NCBI GenBank assembly: GCA_032718475.1
Contig: JAUCBJ010004858.1
Location: 6,414 to 70,413 of the forward strand
Length of the DNA stretch: 64,000 nucleotides
Direction of reading: 5' to 3'
From: Nemertoderma westbladi
Lineage: Eukaryota > Animalia > Xenacoelomorpha
Part shown: one piece after another, positions 30,101-42,100 of the stretch
Layout of the letters: every line of letters starts with the position of its first letter
Numbering within the stretch: the stretch's first letter is position 1
Notes under the pieces: model-generated
Database searches by the model: none
Told to the model about the DNA's origin: nothing
Seen by the model: the letters and a program-made list of their open reading frames with translations, nothing else
Program-made: the position numbers and the translations under genes

Positions 30101-33100
30101 TAATAATTTTATTTATCATTAGGGCATATATCAACCGATAGTAAAATATACAATAGCACAAGAATGTTAAAAACTGTAAAATATGTATTTAATTATGAAA
30201 CAAGGCAACTCTTATGTTAAAATGATGAGAAGATATTGTATTTGGAGAACTGGAGAGACACAAAACTAGATACAATTATTATTTTATTTTAATTATTTCT
30301 AGGTAACTGTAGACTAATATGATTTGATATATATGTATATATCACAATAACAATTGATAATAAATAACCAACCACATATAATGAATAAATAATGAATGAC
30401 TATGTACTTGTATGCTAACTCTTATGTTAAAAAAATTGTATAAATATAAAAATGGTTCGTTAAAAGTTCAGCAACGGGAGTTAGCCTTGCACCTCGCAGT
30501 TTGAGTTGGCTAATATTATGGAGGTGTCGGCAACTGGATGATCACAATTAATTAGTTAACTAATTTTAAAATTAATCAAGCTACTCTAAAAGTATTAGAA
30601 TCAAATACTATTAATTAATTTTTAATTTTAATATTAAACTCACGTTGAGGACAGCAGTATCGAACTCTATAATCGAAACAGCTTACTCCGGCGGGCTGCA
30701 ATGCATTCAAACAAACCAAGCCCGCACTGGGATCGTAAGCGGCAAATACTTGGCCCGTGTTGGCTGCAGGATTGTTGGTTGTCTTCTCGCGGGCGTCAAT
30801 TGCTCTGAAAATAATTAAAACGTAAATAGTATAAGTCTTCATGTAATAAAGATAAATAAATATAAATAGTAACTATTATCATAACAATTTTTTAGGTAAC
30901 AATTAATTTATGCATAAATTAATATCAACCTATCAACCTACAGGAAAAAAGACAATATCATAAGAATGTTAAAAAAAAAACTGTAAAACACGTATTTTTT
31001 AATTATGTTGCTGTTTTTTTTAATTAAATTAGAGTTTCTTCATTAAAATAGTAAAATAGGAAAAAACTCCCATAGACAGGAAATCCTGGAAAGAAAGTAG
31101 CGTGGGTAATAGTAGCTGGGTGCAGCTGCTATAGAGGATCGGGCAAAAAATAAGGATTAGAAATATGAAGGAATAAAAATATGGATTGGAACCCAGCAGA
31201 CTCTGCAGCAGACGCGAAGCGCTGCCTGCTGTCTGTCCTCATCGCTGCCGGAATATCAAACGGACGCCAAGGTCTAACCGACGCATCTCACCTGCCAGCC
31301 CGAGAATAAAAACAACTAAGTTTGAATTTCTCGCGGAAAATTCGAGTAAACTAAAACAACTAAACTAAAGTTAGCTACAAATTTACTGCTTATCGCATTG
31401 CCATTACACACTTACTCTGGATTGTTACACATAAACACGTTGGCAGGGATGGAAACAAGTAGACTAGCTAATGACTCATCCTCGCCAATGTTATCCGGTT
31501 GACCGACATCAAAGTATCCTGTCCAGGATCCACGACTGCACTCAACAATCGGATCTGAAAATAAAAAAAATACAACCTCTTTACATTTTATAGTTTGTCA
31601 CTCATGGCGGTTTCCGTATGTAGTTCTCGTATGGCTTGTATCGCATGTACACTGCCCGGCTGCATGAGCCCGGCTAGGTAATACCCGATTATCTTCTGTT
31701 TGTGAAAGTATTTATGCAGACAAACATTAAAAAAAGTAATTATGTGCCACTTAGTGGAGTGCCGTAGCGAAAAAATCATTACCAATGTGCCAATAGTTAG
31801 TTACCTTGTTGCTATGTCAAAAATCAATTTTGCTATAAGGAAAGAAACATTGAAAGTGATAATAATTTCTGATTTTTTTGAGCATGGGAATTTTGTAATC
31901 TTGGTACTTACAAAAAAATTTGGTACATTTGCCACAATTTCAGCTTTTTTACGTCGATAAGCCATTCCACTATCTTGGTAGCGCCACAAATTTGCAGGCT
32001 AGTTATTAGAAATAATTATATTTATTCCAAAATTGTAACATTACTCAACGCCGTTAGTATTAACAGCGAGTTGTTATTTAGCACTTTACAACTTTAGAGG
32101 ACTTTACAGCATTGTATTGGCCTGTACATTTAGTATTGTATTTGGTGTTATTGTTTACGTGGTAACCCATGACGGCGTTAAGTAATGTCCCCCTAGTGGA
32201 CATTACTTAACGCCGTCATGGTTACCACGTAAACAATAGGTGGTAATTTGCCTGACAGCCAGATAGGCCTACTGCATTACCTACCGGTAGGCGGGGTATA
32301 GGCTATTAATGACCAGTAGGGCCTAGCTATATTATTATTACATGGCTCCAAACGCCACCAGAAATATAAGCTAACTTATTTATAACATAATTTATGTCAT
32401 TTTTACATTTATTTATACGCAACTAATATAATTTGTGCAGTTTCTATCACTTATAATGTATATGTACAATCATTTCGTACTGTTAAAATTTTGGAATAAA
32501 ACTACATACATACTTGTTGCAAAGTACTTTACAGTGTTCTGATCCTCGTGGATTTATTTTCACTCACTCACTAACGTTCGTTCGTGTAACAAAGCCACTC
32601 GGATCATCACACTGTAAAGTGCTACTTTACACACAAGTATGTAAATAGTTATTGCTACACATTGTAGACAATAAACAATATTGATAACTGTTCAATTTTA
32701 TGATTACAGATCACAATAATAAGTTCAAAAAACTACCAATAATTATAGCCATGACAACCAACATATTCCCTAACCGTTCTGGGGGCAACAGAAGCGGACT
32801 TCGTAATCGTTGCAATCCTCTCCGTCGGGTTGGTCGGCGTTCCGGCAGGCTATCCCGTTCCGATCGAAGTGGAAGAGAACGTCGTCCGTGTGGAAGGGGT
32901 GGTAGTGGGCGTTGGTTGTACGAGCTTCCGAGAACACCGGAGTCAGACAATCGTGGTTCTCGAACCCTAGAAATATGTGACTTTCGTTAGCATTATAATT
33001 CCAACATTAATGTAATAAATTATTCAAATAGAAAACTTCAATTTAAATATTAAATATGTTAAAAATACACGATTACAACCTTGCCGTATTTGATATTAGT

Positions 33101-36100
33101 CTATTTTAGAATATAATAATTATTGTTGATTGTTATTAATATTCAAATTAATATATTTTAATATCTACTTATACAGTCTACAGCTGTGTGACTATCTACT
33201 AACTTACGGCTGTGACTATCTACTAACTTACATAGTCTACTGCTATGACTATCTACTAACTTACATAGTTTACGGATGTGACTATCTACTAACTTACATA
33301 GTCTACGCCTGTGACTATCTACTAACTTACATAGTCTACGGCTGTGACTATCTACTAACTTACATAGTCTACGACTGTGACTATCTACTAACTTACATAG
33401 TCTACGGCTGTGACTATCTACTAACTTACATAGTCTACGACTGTGACTATCTACTAACTTACGGCTGTGACTATCTACCAACTTACATAGTCTACGGCTG
33501 TGACTATCTACTAACTTACATAGTCTATGGCTGTGACTATCTACTAACTTACATAGTCTACGGCTGTGACTATCTACCAACTTGCGGCTGTGACTATCTA
33601 CCAACTTACATAATCTACGGCTGTGACTATCTACTAACTTATGTAGTCTACGGCTGTGACTATCTACTAACTTACATAGTCTACGCCTGTGACTATCTAC
33701 TAACTTACATAGTCTACGACTGTGACTATCTACTAACTTACATAGTCTACGGCTGTGACTATCTACTAACTTACATAGTCTACGGCTGCGACTATCTACT
33801 AACTTACATAGTCTACAGCTGTGACTATCTACTAACTTACATAGTCTACGGCTGTGACTATCTACTAACTTACATAGTCTACGGCTGTGACTATCTACTA
33901 ACTTACGGCTGTGACTATCTACTAACTTACATAGTCTACGACTGTGACTATCTACTAACTTACGGCTGTGACTATCTACTAACTTATGTAGTCTACGGCT
34001 GTGACTATCTACTAACTTACATAGTCTACGACTGTGACTATCTACTAACTTACGGTTGTGACTATCTACCAACTTACATAGTCTACGGCTGTGACTATCT
34101 ACTAACTTACATAGTCTACGGCTGTGACTATCTACTAACTTATATAGTCTACGGCTGTGACTATCTACTAACTTACATAGTCTACGGCTGTTACTATCTA
34201 CTAACTTACGGCTGTGACTATCTACCAACTTACATAATCTACGGCTGTGACTATCTACTAACTTATATAGTCTACGGCTGTGACTATCTACTAACTTACA
34301 TAGTCTACGGCTGTGACTATCTACCAACTTACGGCTGTGACTATCTACCAACTTACATAATCTACGGCTGTGACTATCTACTAACTTATATAGTCTACGG
34401 CTGTGACTATCTACTAACTTACATAGTCTACCGCTGTGACTATCAACTAACTTACATAGTCTACGGCTGTGACTATCTACCAACTTACATAATCTACGGC
34501 TGTGACTATCTACTAACTTACATAGTCTACGGCTGTTACTATCTACTAACTTACGGCTGTGACTATCTACCAACTTACATAGTCTACGGCTGTGACTATC
34601 TACCAACTTACATAGTCTACGGCTGTGATTATCTACCAACTTACATAGTCTACGGCTGTGACTATCTACCAACTTACATAGTCTACGGCTGTGACTATCT
34701 ACCAACTTACATAGTCTACGGCTGTGACTATCTACCAACTTACATAGTCTACGGCTGTGACTATCTACCAACTTACATAGTCTACGGCTGTGACTATCTA
34801 CCAACTTACATAGTCTACGGCTGTGACTATCTACTAACTTACATAGTCTACGGCTGTGACTATCTACTAACTTACATAGTCTACGGCTGTGACTATCTAC
34901 CAACTTACATAGTCTACGGCTGTGACTATCTACCAACTTACATAGTCTACGGCTGTGACTATCTACTAACTTACATAGTCTACGGCTGTGACTATCTACC
35001 AACTTACATAGTCTACGGCTGTGACTATCTACCAACTTACATAGTCTACGGCTGTGACTATCCTCCAATATACTGGCGAGGAGTTCCCAGTCTCCTGTTC
35101 CAGTCGCGTCGTCCCGATCGATCCATGAACTGAAAGCTCCAGCGCAATCTCTCGATGCTGAGAAAATGTGTAAAAATAATAATAATTTATTTATTAAGAG
35201 TGCAATACAGAGCAATGTCGAGTGCGCGTTACAAGCGGAGATTTTAATTAACAGTTAAGGTAGGGCGGGTTGACCTCAGTTTGACCTCAGTGAATTATTA
35301 ATCGTTTATCACATTTTAAATTTCCAGAAGGGAATGTCAATAACTTTACTTGTACCGGTGCGACGGTGATCCCGTCACACGAACGTTTTAACATCCAAAA
35401 TATACCCTCTATAGAGTCAGACTATTATACCCTGCTCCATAAAATGTCAAAAAGTCACGAGATAACAAATAAGAATCGCATCTAAAATAAAACTCACGTG
35501 GAGTTGGTTGGGTTGGGTCGCCGTCGGAACAGAATACATTGACAGCCGAATTACCACCGCACCATTGATTCGCGTTGCCAAAGCAATGAATGTCGCACAT
35601 CTCCTCAGCCTCCATTTCGGGTGGCATATGGTAGGAGCAGCCGCACTAAAATAAAAAGAGTAAATAAAAATTACGAATTTTGCTATGCTCCAGTAGTTAG
35701 CAATAAATTGGCGAATGATGTTGGCCTTAGACGTAGTCGTACTAAATTAAATAGTCTAGACACTGCCTCATCATCACTTGGAAACTTACCGGCACCACGT
35801 CTGACTTACTGGGGTAAAGTATCTTACTAAGTTGAAAGAGCAATCAGCAGCAGCTCTCATCAATAATAAGTTCAAGTAAAGTAAATAGTTACTAGAAGCA
35901 GTTACTCTTACGATGCTCAATTAAGCGTAAAATCGCTATGGTTACGGCAAAAATGTCGAATTTATCGCAACCTCGACAATGTAGGAAGTATCTTACCTTA
36001 TTTCCTTGTCCCAGAATGGTAAAGGGAAGCATAAACATAGCGCACATCGTCTGGCAATAATTCACAGTCATTACGGCGGATATGTCTGTAGCGACAAACA

Positions 36101-39100
36101 TAGCTATCGCATCGGAATAGCGTGGGGAAAAACATCCCTTGAAGCAGTAATCAACTGAAAAATTCAATACAAAGGAATACCGCGTATTAATTAATGAGAC
36201 TTTATGAGATTAACGCGACTTAATGAGATTGTATTAATTCAGTGACTTGGACCTTATTGAGATTGTATAAATTCAGTGACTTGGACCTTAATGAGATTGT
36301 ATTAATTCAGTGACTTGACCTTAATGAGATTGTATTAATTCAGTGACTTGGACCTTAATGAGATTGTATTAATTCAGTGATTAGGACCTTAATGAGATTG
36401 TATTAATTCAGTGACTTGGACCTTAATGAGATTGTATTAATTCAGTGATTAGGACCTTAATGAGATTGTATTAATTCAGTGACTTGGACCTTAATGAGAT
36501 TGTATTAATTCAGTGACTTGGACCTTAATGAGATTGTATTAATTCAGTGACTTGGACCTTAATGAGATTGTATTAATTCAGTGACTTGGACCTTAATGAG
36601 ATTGTATTAATTCAGTGATTAAGACCTTAATGAGATTGTATTAATTCAGTGACTTGGACCTTAATGAGATTGTATTAATTCAGTGATTAGGACCTTAATG
36701 AGATTGTATTAATTCAGTGACTTGGACCTTAATGAGATTGTATTAATTCAGTGATTAGGACCTTAATGAGATTGTATTAATTCAGTGACTTGGACCTTAA
36801 TGAGATTGTATTAATTCAGTGACTTGGACCTTAATGAGATTGTATTAATTCAGTGATTAGGACCTTAATGAGATTGTATTAATTCAGTGACTTGGACCTT
36901 AATGAGATTGTATTAATTCAGTGATTAAGACCTTAATGAAATTGTATTAATTCAGTAACTTGGACCTTAATGAGATTGTATTAATTCAGTGACTTGGACC
37001 TTAATGAGATTGTATTAATTCAGTGACTTGGACCTTAATGAGAGTGTATTAATTCAGTGACTTGGACCTTAATGAGATTGTATTATTTCAGTGACTTGGA
37101 CCTTATTGAGATTGTATTAATTCAGTGACTTGGACCTTAATGAGATTGTATTAATTCAGTGACTTGGACCTTAATGAGATTGTATTAATTCAGTGACTTG
37201 GACCTTAATGAGATTGTATTAATTCAGTGACTTGGACCTTAATGAGATTGTATTAATTCAGTGACTTGGACCTTAATGAGATTGTATTAATTCAGTGACT
37301 TGGACCTTAATGAGATTGTATTAATTCAGTGACTTGGACCTTAATGAGATTGTATTAATTCAGTGACTTGGACCTTAATGAGATTGTATTAATTCAGTGA
37401 CTTGGACCTTAATGAGATTGTATTAATTCAGTGACTTGGACCTTAATGAGATTGTATTAATTCAGTGACTTGGACCTTAATGAGATTGTATTAATTCAGT
37501 GACTTGGACCTTAATGAGATTGTATTAATTCAGTGACTTGGACCTTAATGAGATTGTATTAATTCAGTGACTTGGACCTTAATGAGATTGTATTAATTCA
37601 GTGACTTGGACCTTAATGAGATTGTATTAATTCAGTGACTTGGACCTTATTGAGATTGTATTAATTCAGTGACTTGGACCTTAATGAGATTGTATTAATT
37701 CAGTGACTTGGACCTTATTGAGATTGTATTAATTCAGTGACTTGGACCTTAATGAGATTGTATTAATTCAGTGACTTGGACCTTAATGAGATTGTATTAA
37801 TTCAGTGACTTGGACCTTAATGAGATTGTATTAATTCAGTGACTTGGACCTTAATGAGATTGTATTAATTCAGTGACTTGGACCTTATTGAGATTGTATT
37901 AATTCAGTGACTTGGACCTTAATGAGATTGTATTAATTCAGTGACTTGGACCTTAATGAGATTGTATTAATTCAGTGACTTGGACCTTAATGAGATTGTA
38001 TTAATTCAGTGACTTGGACCTTAATGAGATTGTATTAATTCAGTGACTTGGACCTTATTGAGATTGTATTAATTCAGTGACTTGGACCTTATTGAGATTG
38101 TATTAATTCAGTGACTTGGACCTTAATGAGATTGTATTAATTCAGTGACTTGGACCTTAATGAGATTGTATTAATTCAGTGACTTGGACCTTAATGAGAT
38201 TGTATTAATTCAGTGACTTGGACCTTAATGAGATTGTATTAATTCAGTGACTTGGACCTTAATGAGATTGTATTAATTCAGTGACTTGGACCTTAATGAG
38301 ATTGTATTAATTCAGTGACTTGGACCTTAATGAGATTGTATTAATTCAGTGACTTGGACCTTAATGAGATTGTATTAATTCAGTGACTTGGACCTTAATG
38401 AGATTGTATTAATTCAGTGACTTGGACCTTAATGAGATTGTATTAATTCAGTGACTTGGACCTTAATGAGATTGTATTAATTCAGTGACTTGGACCTTCA
38501 TGAGATTGTATTAAATTTGAAACAGAGATAGTTGCACCTCCCTCCTCCTTGCTGGGTGAGCCAGAATTTTTATTTTTGCTTTCATTCTTTAGCTACAAGC
38601 GTTTAAAAAAGTGTCTCCGTCGATATTGCAAGAATTCAGAATAATGTAACGCAATCTGAATTACGTTGAAAAATAGCTGAGATAATATGGGCGTCCGAAA
38701 GTTGTATGGGTTTACATCTGCGTGAAGCTATTTAATTCAGTATAAAAAAACGCACAACATTCTGTAACATTTTGCATATCTATAAATAGCTGCGCAATAG
38801 TAATATTGTACACCATCTCCCTCAATACAACAACCATTTTTAGCAAGTCGGAGTCCCGGAGTCTCTATTAAACTTGTATGAAGATAGTTCGACACCTATT
38901 CTTACCGCTGCTCTGGCAGGGCCGGATTTTTCCACTTTCAAATCATTTAGCTACAACAAGCCGTTAAAAATGCATATTTAGCAATATTTGACCTCCTCTT
39001 AATTTTAATCTTTTGAATGAAATCTAGATAGAACCGCTTTCATCTGCAGATTCCGAATCTAAAAACCGTTTTCATTTTCACCAATAACTTCCGGATATAT

Positions 39101-42100
39101 TATCATTTTTCTAAGAAATCCTTCATGACACACCGATTAAGTAGGAGGGATTTAAAACTAACTCTTTTTCAAATTTCATTAGGATTATGTATAAAAATTT
39201 GGTGGGGATCCAAGTTACTGAAGGAATTTACTATATTCTAGGACATGGTGTAAACAGTGTCAACATGATGTGCTTCGAACATTAAATCCAGAGGGATCTA
39301 AAGTTGAACTTTATTAAACTTTGGCGACGACGTTAACTTTGGTTATATTAACTTTGGTTTTATCTACCAACTTTGGTTATATCTACTAACTTTGGTTTTA
39401 TCTACCAACTTTGGTTATATCTACTAACTTCATTTAGGTATATCTTCTTACTTTAGTTATATCTACTTCATGTAGGGCGGGGTAGCTCAGTTGGTTGAGC
39501 GCCGGGCCTGCAATCTATTGGTTGTAGGTTCAGCCCCGCCAGGGTCCACTCTGCCTTTCATCCACTGGGGTCGATAAAATGAGTACCAGTTAAATAACTG
39601 GGAGCAAATCTTGGGATAGGAGTAGCGCCCACCCCTACCCTCGGGTAGCAGCTATCGAAAGAGGAGCCTTCGGGTCGCCTCCGGCTTCGGCCGACTGTTT
39701 GCTTTGCTTGCTACTTCATTTAGGTATATCTTCTTCCTTTAGTTATACCTACTAACTTTGGTTTTATCTACCAACTTTGGTTATATCTCCTAAGTTTGGT
39801 TTTATCTACCAACTTTGGTTATATCTACATCCTTTCGTTATATCTACTAACTTTGGTTACATCTACCCCCTTTTGTTATATCTACTTCATTTAGTTATAT
39901 CTTCTTCCTTTAGTTATATCTACTAACTTTGGTTATATCTACTAATTTTTGTTATATCTACAAACTTTGGTTATATCTACGAACTTTGGTTATATCTACT
40001 AACTTTGGTTTTATCTACCAACTTTGGTTATATCTACATCCTTTCGTTATATCTACTAACTTTGGTTACATCTACCCCCTTTTGTTATATCTACTTAATT
40101 TAGTTATATCTTCTTCCTTTAGTTATATCTACGAACTTTAGTTATATCTACTAACTTTGGTTATATCTACGAACTTTGGCTATATCTACTAACTTTGTTA
40201 TATCTACTCCGTTTAGATATATCTACTAACTTTGGTTATATCTACTAACTTTGGTTATATCTACTAACTTTGTTATATCTACTCCGTTAAGATATATCTA
40301 CTAACTTTGTTATATCTACTAACTTTGTTATATCTACTAACTTTGTTATATCTACTAACTTTGTTATATCTACTAACTTTGTTATATCTACTCCGTTTAG
40401 ATATATATACTAACTTTGTTATATCTACTCCGTTTAGATATATCTACTAACTTTGTTATATCTACTTCATTTAGGCATATCTTCTTACTTTAGTTATATC
40501 TACTAACTTTTGTTATATCTACAAACTTTGGTTATATCTACTAACTTTGGTTATATCTACTAACTTTGTTATATCTACTCCGTTTAGATATATATACTAA
40601 CTTTGTTATATCTACTCCGTTTAGATATATCTACTAACTTTGTTATATCTACTTCATTTAGGCATATCTTCTTACTTTAGTTAAATCTACTTCATTTAGG
40701 CATATCTTCTTACTTTAGTTATATCTACTTCATTTAGGTATATCTTCTTACTTTAGTTATATCTACTTCATTTAGGTATATCTTCTTACTTTAGTTATAT
40801 CTACGAACTTTGGTTATATCTTCTTCCTTTAGTTATATCTACTAACTTTGTTATATCTACTCCGTTTAGCTATATCTACTAACTCTGGTTACATCTACTC
40901 CCTTTAGTTATATCTATTCCATTTAGGTATATCTTCTTCCTTTAGTTATATCTACTCCGTTAGGCATATCTTCTTCCTTTAGTTATATCTACTCCATTAG
41001 GTTATATCAACGCAGTTTGTTTATATTATATACGAATATATTTAGGTTATAGTTACTCATTTTGTTATATAGACTTACTTTTGTTATTCCCTATGGTTAT
41101 ATATCTACTCACTTTGGTTATATCTTGGATTTGATGGATCTATCCCGCTCGTGTCCAGGTTATTCTCAGCATCTTCATCTGACGTAACTCCTTCAAAGGT
41201 TTCCAATCCATCTGAAAGTTACAAGAGAGTTTTTATACAGAATTACATTCAATGTATTTGGCTCTAATCTCGGACATTCCGCATTATTACATTCAATGTA
41301 TTTGGCTCTAATCTCGGACATTCCGCATTATTACATTCAATGTATTTGGCTCTAATCTCGCACATTCTGCATTATTACATTCAATGTATTTGGCTCTAAT
41401 CTCGGACATTCCGCATTATTACATTCAATGTATTCGGCTCTAATCTCGGACATTCCGCATTATTACATTCAATGTATTTGGCTCTAATCTTTGACATTCC
41501 CCATTATTACATTCAATGTATTTAGCTCTAATCTCGGACATTCTGCATTATTAATTCAATGTATTTGGCTCTAATCTTTGACATTCCCCATTATTACATT
41601 CAATGTATTTAGCTCTAATCTCGGACATTCTGCATTATTAATTCAATGTATTTGGCTCTAATCTCGAACATTCCGCATTATTACATTCAATGTATTTGGC
41701 TCTAATCTCGGACATTCTGCATTATTAATTCAATGTATTTGGCTCTAATCTCGGACATTCCGCATTATTAATTCAATGTATTTGGCTCTAATCTCGGACA
41801 TTCCGCATTATTACATTCAATGTATTTGGCTCTAATCTCGGACATTCCGCATTATTACATTCAATGTATTTGGCTCTAATCTCGGACATTCCGCATTATT
41901 ACATTCAATGTATTTGGCTCTAATCGCGGACATTCCGCATTATTAGATTCAATTTATTTGGCTCTAATCTCGGACATTCCGCATTATTAGATTCAATTTA
42001 TTTGGCTCTAATCTCGGACATTCCGCATCATTACATTCAATGTATTTGGCTCTAATCTCGGACATTCCGCATTATTACATTCAATGTATTTGGCTCTAAT

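Noticed and set aside
33130-35133. 667-aa plus-strand (YGCDYLLTYIV)n ORF
   Set aside because: Antisense read-through of the 33-bp repeat, with no credible start or context.
39475-39545. Functional tRNA gene
   Set aside because: Acceptor and T stems are imperfect and it continues into a SINE body and tail.
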